The notes: generated by a model from the sequence alone, not told the origin. Shown: positions 47,247 to 56,887, counted from the stretch's first letter. The stretch is DNA of 64,000 nucleotides from an uncultured Acidimicrobiaceae bacterium (GCA_963828455.1 CAWHFH010000027.1:1896-65895); one strand, 5' to 3'. Numbers and translations are program-made.

Positions 47247-48704
47247 CTAGCCGGCTGAGCTGACCAAGCGTCCCATGTAAGCGGCGCCGCCGAACGTGAA
47301 GATCCCACCGTCGGCGGCCGCCATCCAGTAGCCGTTCGTAGCGTTGTCCGGGCCCATCCCCACCACGGGCGAAGCCAGGCGGATGCTGCCCGTCGAGCCG
47401 TAGAAGGGAGCCTGTCCGTAGGTGAAGATCCCCCCGTCGGCGGCCACGAACCGGTAGCCCTGACCGCTGGGAGCCGCCTCCATGCCGACGATCGGCTGGT
47501 TGAGGTGGATGCTCCCGGTGCTGCCGAAGAACGGCGCCTTGTAGCTGAAGATCCCGCCGTCGGCCGCGACCTCCCAGTACCCGCCCGTGGCCGGGTCCTC
47601 GGCCATTCCGACGACGGGCTGGTTGAGCGGCGTCCCTCCCATGGAACCGTGGAAGACGGCATCGCCGTAGCTGAAGATGCCTCCGTCCGAGGCGACGAGC
47701 CAATATCCCTTGCCGGTGGGCGTCGGGGCCATGCCCACGACCGGCTTGTTGAGGTGCAGGGACCCCGTTGATCCGTAGAAGCTGGCGTCACCGAAGCTGA
47801 AGATGCCACCGTCGGAGGCCACCAGCCAGTACCCGCCGCCGTCGGGCGTGGCCGTGATGCCGACCAGCGGCGCATTGAGTCGTCCGGTCAGCGACCCGAG
47901 ACTGTGAGCAGCGCCGAAGGCGGCGATCGTGCCGTTGGCCTCGGCCTCCCAGTACCCGGACCCGTTCGGGAGCGGTGCGATGCCGATCGTGCGTTCGGAA
48001 ACGACGGCGGCAACCTGGCTCCACGTCACGGTTACGTCGCTCGGTTGCGCACACGACGAGACCAAGACGGCGGCAATGGAGCCCGAAGCCGAGGCGGCAC
48101 CCATAGAGAGAACCGGCGGCCCGGGACAGCCGCCGAACTCGTTGAGGATGATGTCACGGTGGACCCAGCACCCCGAGGGCGATGCGGGGCTGCACGCGGA
48201 GTTCGTCGTCGCGGGCCCGGCGTAGCCGTCGTCGTACATCATGTAATAGTCGGCAGCGAGCACCGAAGCCTGCCCGGCCCAAAGGGACCCGCCGAAGGTG
48301 ATCGGCCCCGCGTTGGTGACCGAGGACGGAATGGGGGGATCCGTGTTCCCATTGGCGCCTGCCTGCGCGTACGAGTCGAGTTCTCCGGTCATGTCGTCGA
48401 TCGGCGGCAGGCCGCGGTCCATGCGCTCGACGTTCACCACAGCGAACATCTGCTCGGCAATCGGCAACGAGCTCAGGGCGGACTCGGAGATGTCCAGGGT
48501 CCCGACGCCCTCCTGGGCGCGAGCCGAATCGATCGAGCTGAGCCAGCTGCCACTGCTGGGCGCGATGTTGGACGCTGGGTTGGTCGGCGGCAACATCCCA
48601 TCGCCGCCAGCGGGTGCGCCGGCCAGGCCGACGGTGATGAAGCCGACGATCATGACGCCGATTGGCAGCAGGATCGCGACGCGACAACGAGCGCGGTTGT
48701 ACAA
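47247..48704 (-). CDS. Secreted/anchored protein: CAP(SCP)-like domain + six ~40-aa tandem repeats (predicted beta-propeller)
   Basis: TTG 48704 sits 7 nt after AGGAGG. TM anchor ILLPIGVMIVGFITVGL. The repeat unit is P-hVG-h-x3-P-x-G-x-GYW-x-V-x2-DGGIF-x-(F/Y)G-x-A-x-F-x-GS, repeated six times. Confidence 0.7.
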   Translation of the reverse strand: MYNRARCRVAILLPIGVMIVGFITVGLAGAPAGGDGMLPPTNPASNIAPSSGSWLSSIDSARAQEGVGTLDISESALSSLPIAEQMFAVVNVERMDRGLPPIDDMTGELDSYAQAGANGNTDPPIPSSVTNAGPITFGGSLWAGQASVLAADYYMMYDDGYAGPATTNSACSPASPSGCWVHRDIILNEFGGCPGPPVLSMGAASASGSIAAVLVSSCAQPSDVTVTWSQVAAVVSERTIGIAPLPNGSGYWEAEANGTIAAFGAAHSLGSLTGRLNAPLVGITATPDGGGYWLVASDGGIFSFGDASFYGSTGSLHLNKPVVGMAPTPTGKGYWLVASDGGIFSYGDAVFHGSMGGTPLNQPVVGMAEDPATGGYWEVAADGGIFSYKAPFFGSTGSIHLNQPIVGMEAAPSGQGYRFVAADGGIFTYGQAPFYGSTGSIRLASPVVGMGPDNATNGYWMAAADGGIFTFGGAAYMGRLVSSAG

Positions 48705-48897
48705 GTGATTCCCTCCTGGATCTCTTCCCGTTGCCCGAAGCATTCCCAACGGGACGAAAACGAAACGCGGGTTGCCCTCAAAACGTTTTTCTGACTTGTA
48801 CAAGAAGCGACGTCCGTCGGCGTCGGCCCCACCGAAACGGAGCGTGACCTGCGATATTCGGACAAGAGCCCACGAGTCCGAGGCTGCCCGGTTCGCA

Positions 48898-48918
48898 ATA
48901 TATCGATAGTCGATATAT
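48898..48918. promoter_or_regulatory. Inverted repeat ATATATCGA-TAG-TCGATATAT upstream of the second padR (candidate PadR operator)
   Basis: 9-bp perfect arms, 9 nt before GTG 48928. The half-site ATATCG is shared with the palindrome at 35093. Confidence 0.5.
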
Positions 48919-48927
48919 AAAGGACAA

Positions 48928-49275
48928 GTGACCGAGTTCCGGGAGCCGACCTTCTTGGTCCTCGTGGCGCTCGCAAGGGACCGCCTCCATGGATACGGCA
49001 TCATTCGAGAAGTCGAGCGGCTCTCGAACGGCAAGACGGTGCTCCGCGCGGGAACGTTGTACCCGACCCTCGATCGCCTCAGCTCGGAGGGCCTGATCGA
49101 GCGTGCGGGCGAGGAGATCGTCGACGGGCGCCTCCGGCGCTATTACCGCTTGTCCGACCGCGGGAGTGCCATTCTCGAGGCTGAATCCAAGCAGCGCGTC
49201 GCCGTGTCGAAAGAAGCTCTCCGCAGGCTGCGAGTTGCGAGCGTCAAGCCGCGTCTGGCGGGCGGTGTTTCATGA
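48928..49275 (+). CDS. PadR-family transcriptional regulator
   Basis: FLVLVALARDRLHGYGIIREVERLSNGKTVLRAGTLYPTLDRLSSEGLIERAGEEIVDGRLRRYYRLS. Confidence 0.9.
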   Translation: MTEFREPTFLVLVALARDRLHGYGIIREVERLSNGKTVLRAGTLYPTLDRLSSEGLIERAGEEIVDGRLRRYYRLSDRGSAILEAESKQRVAVSKEALRRLRVASVKPRLAGGVS

Positions 49276-49567
49276 CGAATCGAGAGTATCGCCTCGCCGT
49301 GCTGCTCTGGGTGTATCCCACGTCGTATCCCGAGAAACGCGGCGACGAGATCCTCGGAACATCGTTCGACAGCACACCTCCGTCCAATCGTCCGGAGATG
49401 GCGCGCGACGTCATCGACGTGCTGGCCTCGCAATCGCGAAGAGCATCACCCAAGCACACGACCCCTCGGGCCGCAGGGGGACTCTGCGTGATAACGGAGC
49501 TCCCGACCGCTCCACCGCGCACCGGCAGCCAACGACTGCCGCCGCGTGTCGACGCCGGCGCTTCTGA
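49272..49567 (+). pseudogene. Remnant of a PadR-associated membrane-protein gene (N-terminal ~100 codons only, also frameshifted near 49425)
   Basis: ATGA overlap with the padR stop. REYRLAVLLWVYPTSYPEKRGDEILG parallels the WYPREWRARYGEEF of the 35485 paralogue. No TM-encoding region follows. Confidence 0.4.
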
Positions 49568-49634
49568 AGGTGTTCTCAGCCGTAGTAGTTGAGGAGAAAT
49601 ACCGTTCGTCCGCGCGGCCGGCGACGTTTGTCGG

Positions 49635-49778
49635 GAGCGGGCGACGTTCTCAGGTTGGGAAGCCCACGAGACTGCTGCGCGACCTGCGGCTGAGTGAAAA
49701 CGCCACCTCAAGGTCGCTCACATCTATCTCCAGTTCCTTCCTGTTGTGTCCTTTTCGCTCTTCGGTGTGGCACGAAAT
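49635..49778 (-). repeat. tRNA-Gly(CCC)-3'-fragment repeat, copy 1 (T arm deleted)
   Basis: Plus strand: gagcgggcgacg|ttctcaggttgggaagccc ... ggtgtggcacgaaat. It aligns with the copies at 52561, 58328 and 58747 and lacks the 15 nt ggaatcgaacccgcg. Confidence 0.7.
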
Positions 49779-49891
49779 CGAGTGAAATGGCGAGTGGCGC
49801 GTTGGGCACGGACGCCCTAGGAATCAGGTTCCGTCGCGAGAAGCGCAACCACTGACTAGAAAAAGACGCTCCGGTCTACAGACCCAGAGAA

Positions 49892-50515
49892 CTAATCGAC
49901 GGGGTCCCCTAAACCGCGCGCCACGAATGTGATCGCCGTCTCCACGAATTCGTCGTTGACCACGTCCGGCTGAAGAACACGCAGTTGGCCAATGCCGCGA
50001 AACAGGATCTCGATGATCCTTGCAGTCTGGAGCGGCGATACCAGGGGTTCGAGCCCCGCTCGCTCTCGCTCGGCTTGAAGAAGGTCCGCCAGAGCCTGAG
50101 CTCCTTCGTCATCGATTCGGGTCAGCTCCTCTCGAACTTCCGGGTTGCGCGCAGCGTAGAGGGAGAACTCTTGATACAGGAGGCTGAAGTTGCGACCAGT
50201 GTCCGCGCTCTGGTCGCGAAGCAAAGCAACGAAGTCCGAGATTCGAGATTCGGGTGGCTCCTCCGAGTCCCTCAGGACTGCTCGAAGGGCGTCCATTTCC
50301 CGGTCGTAGTTTGCCTTGAACAAGGCCAGGAAGAGATCCTCCTTGTTCTTGAAGTTGGAGTAAACGGCGCCTTTGGTGAAGCCAGCGACCGCGGCGACCT
50401 CGTCGAGGGACGTTCCATGGAAACCGCGTTCGGCGAACGCTTCTGCGGCCGCGGCCAAAAGGTGATCACGGGTTTGCTGGCGTCGGCGCTCGGGGGTCAG
50501 GGGCAGCAGGTCCAT
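49892..50515 (-). CDS. TetR/AcrR-family transcriptional regulator
   Basis: TRDHLLAAAAEAFAERGFHGTSLDEVAAVAGFTKGAVYSNFKNKEDLFLALF. Confidence 0.9.
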   Translation of the reverse strand: MDLLPLTPERRRQQTRDHLLAAAAEAFAERGFHGTSLDEVAAVAGFTKGAVYSNFKNKEDLFLALFKANYDREMDALRAVLRDSEEPPESRISDFVALLRDQSADTGRNFSLLYQEFSLYAARNPEVREELTRIDDEGAQALADLLQAERERAGLEPLVSPLQTARIIEILFRGIGQLRVLQPDVVNDEFVETAITFVARGLGDPVD

Positions 50516-50555
50516 AGGGTTGCGCTACCGCCCAGCATAGTAAATACTGAATGGT

Positions 50556-51572
50556 ATGGAGGATTCCCAGAAGTATTTATCTGACGGACCAGCCGGGTGG
50601 CAATCGGGAGCTGGGCCCTTCACTGCGGCGGTCCAGGCCACGGGGTTGGTCCGTCGTTTCGGCTCAACGGTCGCGGTCGATGGACTCAATCTGCAGGTCC
50701 GGCGAGGGGAGATCTACGGCTTCCTCGGTCCAAACGGGGCGGGAAAATCCACCGTCGTGCGCATCTTGTGCACGCTGTTGCGACCCAGCGCCGGGACGGC
50801 GTGGGTGGCCGGCTACGACGTCACAGAGGATCCCCAGTCTGTTCGCGTCCGGATCGGTGTCGCCCTTCAGGACGCCGCGCTCGACGATCGACAATCCGGC
50901 CGCGAGCTGCTCTCGCTTCAGGGCCGGCTCTACGGGCTGAGTGCGGCGCAGATCCGAGCCCGAGTCGGCGACGTCCTCGATCTGGTCGACATCGGCTCAG
51001 CCATCGATCGGCGCATCGGCACCTACTCGGGCGGAATGAAGCGGCGGCTCGACCTCGCGGCGGCGCTGGTCCACAACCCTGAGGTCCTGTTTCTCGACGA
51101 GCCCACCACCGGGCTCGACCCCCACAGCCGAGCAGCGGTCTGGTCCGAGGTGACGAGGCTGAACCGCGAGCTCGGCATGACGATCCTCCTCACGACGCAA
51201 TATCTCGACGAAGCGGACACCCTGGCCGACCGGGTAGGCATCATCTCGTCCGGGCGCTTGGTGGCAGAGGGCACTCCGAAAGCCCTCAAGCACTCCGTGG
51301 GCCATGACGTGGTCGTTGCCGAAGTCGAGGGCAACGGCGCCAAGGCACTGGATGCTCTCGGTTCCCTCGAAGGGCTCGAGCCGGCATGGAATGCAGACGG
51401 CATCCTCACGGTGAGCGCTCCGGACGGCGCGGCAGCCCTTGGCACGGTAGCGGTGACGCTCGGCCAAGTGGGCCTGCAAATCAAAAGCCTCAGCATGCGC
51501 ACCCCCACCTTGGACGACGTCTTCATGGCGATGACGGGATCTCGCATCGAACAAAGCGAAGCGCTCCTGTGA
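50556..51572 (+). CDS. ABC transporter ATP-binding protein (DrrA-like)
   Basis: Walker A GPNGAGKST, signature YSGGMKRR, Walker B LFLDEPTTGLDP. Divergent from tetR across only 40 nt. Confidence 0.9.
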   Translation: MEDSQKYLSDGPAGWQSGAGPFTAAVQATGLVRRFGSTVAVDGLNLQVRRGEIYGFLGPNGAGKSTVVRILCTLLRPSAGTAWVAGYDVTEDPQSVRVRIGVALQDAALDDRQSGRELLSLQGRLYGLSAAQIRARVGDVLDLVDIGSAIDRRIGTYSGGMKRRLDLAAALVHNPEVLFLDEPTTGLDPHSRAAVWSEVTRLNRELGMTILLTTQYLDEADTLADRVGIISSGRLVAEGTPKALKHSVGHDVVVAEVEGNGAKALDALGSLEGLEPAWNADGILTVSAPDGAAALGTVAVTLGQVGLQIKSLSMRTPTLDDVFMAMTGSRIEQSEALL

Positions 51573-52369
51573 CCGTGACCGCCGTCCACAGCGTTGAGGC
51601 GCTCGGACGAGAGGCTGGTTTCGTCCACGACATCCGAGCCGTCGCCGGCCGGGCTCTCCGCCAAATTCCGCGGGAACCCGCGGCGGTCCTTCCGGCCGTA
51701 TTCGTCCCGGCGTTCTTCTACGCGGTCAACCTCGGCGCGCTCGAGAAGCTGGCCGGCACAGCCCTCGACTACAAGTCCTTCCTTCTGCCCATGGCGATTG
51801 CCTTTGCCGTGACGGGAATGTCCAGGGCGCCAGCACTCGTGACCGATATCCAGGGCGGGTACTTCGACCGACTCTGTATGACCCCGATCAGGCGTTCTGC
51901 CCTGCTTCTCGGCCTCATGGTGGCCGACGTTGCGGTGATCGCGGCACTGTGCCTCCCGGTCATCGCCATAGGTGCCATCGTCGGCGTGCGTTTTGCCACC
52001 GGGCTACCGGGTCTCGTGGTGTTCGTCGGCTTCTCGGCGCTGTGGGGTTTGGGCTTTACCTGCTTTCCCTACGCGGTCGCACTCAAGACCGGCAGTCCCG
52101 CCGCCGTGAATGCGTGCTACGTGGTCTTCTTTCCCCTCTTCTTCCTCACCGACGCGGTCGTCCCCAAGGAGCTTCTCGCGGGATGGTTCTCGACCATCGC
52201 CACCTACAACCCGGTGACGTATCTGCTCGGTGCGCTTCGATCCCTGCTCACATCAGGGTGGGAGATCCGCCCTCTTTTGGAAGGACTGGCTGCTGTGTCT
52301 GGCCTGGCGTTGGTGGGCATGGCTCTGGCGCTTGCAGCACTACGAGCCAGGATTCGAATGGGAGATTGA
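51569..52369 (+). CDS. ABC-2 type transporter permease
   Basis: GTG 51569 overlaps the ATPase stop (GTGA). Six hydrophobic segments. Confidence 0.8.
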   Translation: MTVTAVHSVEALGREAGFVHDIRAVAGRALRQIPREPAAVLPAVFVPAFFYAVNLGALEKLAGTALDYKSFLLPMAIAFAVTGMSRAPALVTDIQGGYFDRLCMTPIRRSALLLGLMVADVAVIAALCLPVIAIGAIVGVRFATGLPGLVVFVGFSALWGLGFTCFPYAVALKTGSPAAVNACYVVFFPLFFLTDAVVPKELLAGWFSTIATYNPVTYLLGALRSLLTSGWEIRPLLEGLAAVSGLALVGMALALAALRARIRMGD

Positions 52370-52560
52370 ACCTTTAAGCGTTCGAGCACCCGCGCCTCAT
52401 TGTTCTATGGAACAGTTGTGGCGGCATGGCGAACACGCTGCTTCGAGGGGCACAAAATGCACGCCGTGGGGCACGATCGCGTTCTTTGCTACGCGGTCTG
52501 GAGCCGTTGCCGTCCCGACTGTTCCAAAGCTCTTGAGCCCCGACCGGTGCTGTTTGCCGA

Positions 52561-52722
52561 GAGCGGGCGACGGGAATCGAACCCGCGTTCTCAACTCGGG
52601 AAGTCCATCAGAGGGTGCGGCGCGACCAGCGGTGGAGCGAAAAAGGCCAGCGGAACGCATTTCGCACCTAACCGCCGCTATTCGCTGTTGCGCCCTGTTT
52701 CTTTTTGCGTGTTGCACGAAAC
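52561..52722 (-). repeat. tRNA-Gly(CCC)-3'-fragment repeat, copy 2
   Basis: The minus strand ends ..GACTTCCCGAGTTGAGAACGCGGGTTCGATTCCCGTCGCCCGCTC. Upstream is the conserved ATTTCGTGC..GGGCGCAACAGCGAAT..TAGGTGCGAA block. Confidence 0.75.
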
Positions 52723-52986
52723 CGGCCCGGATCCGCTGTTGCACGCCGCAGAGGTGGCTTTCCAGCCTGCAAGCTGAGAAACAGGTCAGTCCCCGTTGGC
52801 AGCGACGACGGCCCCCGTTGAAGTGCGCTCCCGACATGTCTCCCTCAAGGAGGCGTTGCCAAAAGACAACAGTTTGCCCTGCGCTATCTGCCATCCAATA
52901 ACCCCCACCGCTAGGAGCGCGCAGTTGGAACAGAGACCCTCGGCCCGATCAGGGCGACCGAGATCTTTCATGCTGCCTTGCTCGGT

Positions 52987-53688
52987 CTATGGGTTGACCT
53001 CGATGCCCAGGTAACGCTCGAATACGTCCTCGGCGCGGAGGTCGGCGGCGGCCCCCGAGAACACGATCTGACCACGGTTCATGAGGTACACGGTGTCGGC
53101 GAGCTCAAGTGCACGCGTCACGTACTGCTCGACGATCAGCAGAGAAATGTCGCTGGCCGCGACCTGCGACAACGCCTCGAAGACCTGGTCGACGAGGAGC
53201 GGCGACAGCCCGAGGGACGCCTCGTCAACGACCACGATCCTGGGGTTCGTGACATAGGTCCTCACCAAGGAGAGCATCTGCTGCTCGCCGCCACTCAGGC
53301 TTCCCGCCTGCTGACCGAGACGCGTCGCCAGTGCCGGGAATTGGTCCCCAGCCTTCTCGACGCTTTCCTTCTCCTTTCCTTTGGGTGAGCTCAGGACGAT
53401 GTTCTCCTTGACCGTCAGGGAGGGGAATATCCCGTGTCCTTCCGGCAGGTGGCAGAGCCCGCGCCGCGCCAGCGCATAGGGCTTCAGGCCGGTCACGTCC
53501 TGTCCATCGAGCAGCACGCGGCCCGCCATCGGTTTGATCAGCCCCGAGGCCGTGCGCAGTGTCGTCGTCTTTCCTGCACCATTGGGGCCCAGGAGGGCGA
53601 CGACCGTCGAGTCCGGAACCGAGATGGTGACGTCCCGCAGGACCACCGTCTCGCCGTAACCGGCCGTCAGTCGGTTGAGCTCAAGCAC
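52987..53688 (-). CDS. LivF-type ABC ATP-binding protein
   Basis: GTG 53688 (VLELNRLTAGYG..), Walker A GPNGAGKTT, signature LSGGEQQM, Walker B VVVDEAS. Confidence 0.9.
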   Translation of the reverse strand: MLELNRLTAGYGETVVLRDVTISVPDSTVVALLGPNGAGKTTTLRTASGLIKPMAGRVLLDGQDVTGLKPYALARRGLCHLPEGHGIFPSLTVKENIVLSSPKGKEKESVEKAGDQFPALATRLGQQAGSLSGGEQQMLSLVRTYVTNPRIVVVDEASLGLSPLLVDQVFEALSQVAASDISLLIVEQYVTRALELADTVYLMNRGQIVFSGAAADLRAEDVFERYLGIEVNP

Positions 53689-55501
53689 CGCTCGCCCCAC
53701 TCGGCGGCGCGGGATTGGCACCCGGGACAGTGTCGCCCTCGGAGCCCAGATACGCGCTCCGCACGACCGGGCTGGCCAGCATCTCTGCGGGAGATCCCTC
53801 GAAGACGAGTTGGCCGAAGTCCAGCACGTAGATGTTCCGACAGACCTGACGCACGAGCGCCATGTCGTGTTCGACCAGCAAGATGCCCAGGCCACGGTCG
53901 GCGACTGCACTGGTCAGGATCTCGCCGAACCGCTTCGTCTCGGCACCGTCGAGGCCCGAGGACGGCTCGTCCAGCAGCAACATATCGAATGGACCGGCGA
54001 GCACCCGCGCCAACTCGACCATTCGGCGCTGGCCTACCGGCAGCAGTCCGGCTTGGAGGTTGGTCAAGGGCCCGATCCCGGTGAGCTCGATGGCCTCCTC
54101 GACCGCCCTGCTGACGATCGCCCGTTGGGCCGCGGTACTCATCAACTGACGGACAGGGTTGGCTCCGGCCATCGACGACTCCCGGCCCAGGGCCACGTTC
54201 TCCCGCACGGTGAGGGACGAGAACAGCTCGACCCGCTGGAACGAGCGGCCCAGGCCCAGGCGGGACCGACCGGACGGCCCGAGGGACGTGACATCACGCC
54301 CGTGCAACATCACCCGTCCCTCTTTCGGCTTTACCAGGCCCGAGCACGCGTTGAACGTGGTCGTCTTTCCTGCGCCGTTGGGGCCAACTAATCCCGTGAT
54401 GCAAGCCATGGGCGCCGTGAGGCTCACGTCCCGAGTCGCCATGACGCCGCCGTAACGAACCGACAACCGCCGGACCTCGAGCCCATTGGCACCAGGCTCG
54501 ACTGTGGTCGCGCCCGCCGTGACCCGCTTGTCCAGGCGAGCAGCATCCTCCTCCGACGCGGCGGCCTGCACCAGGGCGCGGCGCATCTGCTCTTCGGTCA
54601 CCGCGTGCTCCGGTTGGCGGCCGCCGAGACGATCAAGGAGCTGGCGGACCTTCAACGGTACGCTCGCTGTCCTGCTCGCGAAGACGGCATAGGTTGCTGC
54701 GGCCACACCGAAGATGATCTGAAGGTAGGTGGTGACATTGCTCCCCGTGAAGTAGCCCGGGATGATCGACACGCCTAGCGCGGCGATGAGCGCGTACCAG
54801 GGCTCTCCGCCGATCGCGATGACGACGAGCGCCACGTAGACGAGAGACTCGAACGGGTCGTAGTTGCTCCCGACCGCGTAATGAATTTCGATCGCCATCA
54901 ACGCGCCAGCGAGGCTCGCGAACGCGGCCGAGATGCAGAAGATCGAGACCTTTATGACGTTGGTCGTTGCACCTTGTGTCTCGAGCGCCAACGGCGAGTC
55001 AGCTAACGCACCGAGGAGGCGTCCCATCCTGCTGCGCTGGATCGCGATGATCGCGAGTGTGCTCAGGACGGCCGCGGCCAGCAGTACGTAGTAGAAGCCC
55101 TTGTCCGAAGCCAGCGAGAGACCGAAGACGCTCACCTGGGGCCGCGGAGCCGGGATCCCCGCCGTTGTCAGCCCGAACATCAAGTTGGTCGGGTAGAAGA
55201 GATACTGGAGGAGGATCCCGAAGCCCAGCGTGGCGAGCGCCAGGAACAAGCCAGACAGCCGGATGGCCGGGATCGAGACGATGGCTCCGACAGGCACGGC
55301 GACCAGCGTGGCCAAGAGCAGTGCGAGCAGCCACGGCATGTGGTAGCTGTCCGCGAAGTGCCCGAATGCAGCGGCGCCCACCGCCGCGAACGCAAAGTGG
55401 CAGAGCGAGATCTGACCGGAGATCCGCACGAGCAGGCCGAGCGAAAGCAGCAGGATGGCATCCGCCAGGAAGCTCGCCCAGATGGCCAGGTGGTCGCCCA
55501 C
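53681..55501 (-). CDS. LivM-type permease fused to a LivG-type ATP-binding domain
   Basis: Permease part ..GQISLCHFAFAAVGA.. and many TMs. Then GPNGAGKTT, LPVGQRRM, LLLDEPSSGLD. The first TM and N-terminus continue upstream in the LivH frame region. Confidence 0.85.
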   Translation of the reverse strand: MGDHLAIWASFLADAILLLSLGLLVRISGQISLCHFAFAAVGAAAFGHFADSYHMPWLLALLLATLVAVPVGAIVSIPAIRLSGLFLALATLGFGILLQYLFYPTNLMFGLTTAGIPAPRPQVSVFGLSLASDKGFYYVLLAAAVLSTLAIIAIQRSRMGRLLGALADSPLALETQGATTNVIKVSIFCISAAFASLAGALMAIEIHYAVGSNYDPFESLVYVALVVIAIGGEPWYALIAALGVSIIPGYFTGSNVTTYLQIIFGVAAATYAVFASRTASVPLKVRQLLDRLGGRQPEHAVTEEQMRRALVQAAASEEDAARLDKRVTAGATTVEPGANGLEVRRLSVRYGGVMATRDVSLTAPMACITGLVGPNGAGKTTTFNACSGLVKPKEGRVMLHGRDVTSLGPSGRSRLGLGRSFQRVELFSSLTVRENVALGRESSMAGANPVRQLMSTAAQRAIVSRAVEEAIELTGIGPLTNLQAGLLPVGQRRMVELARVLAGPFDMLLLDEPSSGLDGAETKRFGEILTSAVADRGLGILLVEHDMALVRQVCRNIYVLDFGQLVFEGSPAEMLASPVVRSAYLGSEGDTVPGANPAPPSGASGA

Positions 55502-55505
55502 CAGG

Positions 55506-56483
55506 TTCGGGACAAGGCACAGAACGGACGATGACCACGGCGAACACGGCCAGCCGCACCCTCCAGGGCGCGTACCACGCTTTTCGAACGGGCAGTGTGG
55601 TCACGACCCGACGCTCTGCCAGTCGTGCTTTGGGTGTGACGACCAGGGCAACGAACAGGACGATGAACGGGATCGCCGGGGGTAGCCCGCTCAGCCAGCT
55701 GACCGATACTGCGTACTTGGTCGCCAGCGATCCCGCGATGCCAATGAGCAGGCCACCGAGGAAGGTCAACGGAAGGCTCGAGAAATAGCCGATCGCCGCT
55801 GCCCCGAATGCGTAGACGACGAGCGTCGAGATGATTTCGGCGTTCAGGCTCAGGCCGGGGGCGAGCAGCAGTCCCGCCATGGAGCAAAACGTCATGCTGA
55901 TGACCCAGGCCCACCGCCGCACCCGAATGGGGTTTTCGCCGGTCATCGACAGAAGGTCAGGGTTGTCGACGACCCCGCGCATCGCGAATCCCATCCGGAC
56001 GAAGCGGAAGAAGTAGTACAGGACCGCAGTCGCAATGACCGAAATGATCGTCACCGTGATCTGATCCCACCCCACGTTCACACCGAAGATCGGAACGGTC
56101 GAAGTGGGGAGGAACGGTGGAAAGTTCACTTCATTGTTGCCGTACCAAAGTTCGCCGATACCGAGGACGATGAGCAGGAGTCCCACCGTGGCGACCACCT
56201 TGAGCGTCGCTCCAACCCGCTCGAGGGCACGACCGAGGAGCTCCATGAGCAGTCCCTCTGCTGGGCCAATGACCAGGACGCATACCGCGGCGGCCACGCC
56301 CCACGGCCAGCCGTGTTCGTCGTGCAGCCAGTAGAAAACGAACACGGTCAGGGCCGCGATCGCGCCGTAAGCGAGGTTGAAGATCCCGGAGGTCTTGTAA
56401 GCGAGCACCAGGCCGACGCCCGCGAGGCCGTACACGGCCCCGGTAGCGAGGCCAATGACGATGAAGGGCAGGAAGTCCTGCAC
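55506..56483 (-). CDS. LivH-type ABC permease; no in-frame stop before the LivM part (frame change about 55520-55525)
   Basis: GTG 56483. MQDFLPFIVIGLATGAVYGLAGVGLVLAYKTSGIFNLAYGA (LivH signature region). Confidence 0.85.
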
Positions 56484-56887
56484 CGGTCAGTACCGCACCC
56501 AGTGGTACGCCGGACTGGCGCTCGTCGTCGCTGACGTGAGCGTCGAAATCGTGACGCCCCCCGTGCGTGGCCACGTCCTCCATGAACAGGTTTACCTCCC
56601 GAACGGCACGTACTCGTAGCCGATTGTGTCCGACCGTGCCACTCGCTTGGCGCAGGGGCGGATTGCGTCATCCGGCAGCGGTCCGTCCGCCGACTGGCCG
56701 GTTTGGCTCCTTGGGTGTGATCGGGCAGCGGATTCCGTGCAGACCAGCAGGGAGGCCGGACGGATCCGTTACGAGGTCGTATAGTCCCGAACAGGGGTAT
56801 CACCGCTTCCTGACGGAAAGCCGATTGGGGACACAAAGGGTACGGCGTCGATACGCCGCCTGAACGGGGCCGGAAGGCCCAGGGGGA

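Noticed and set aside
50516-50555. TetR operator palindrome in the 40-nt tetR / ABC intergenic region
   Set aside because: Only a weak 4-bp-arm repeat (AGTA-AA-TACT) is present, and outer CCATAG/GGTATGG matches are imperfect. That is not enough to call an operator.
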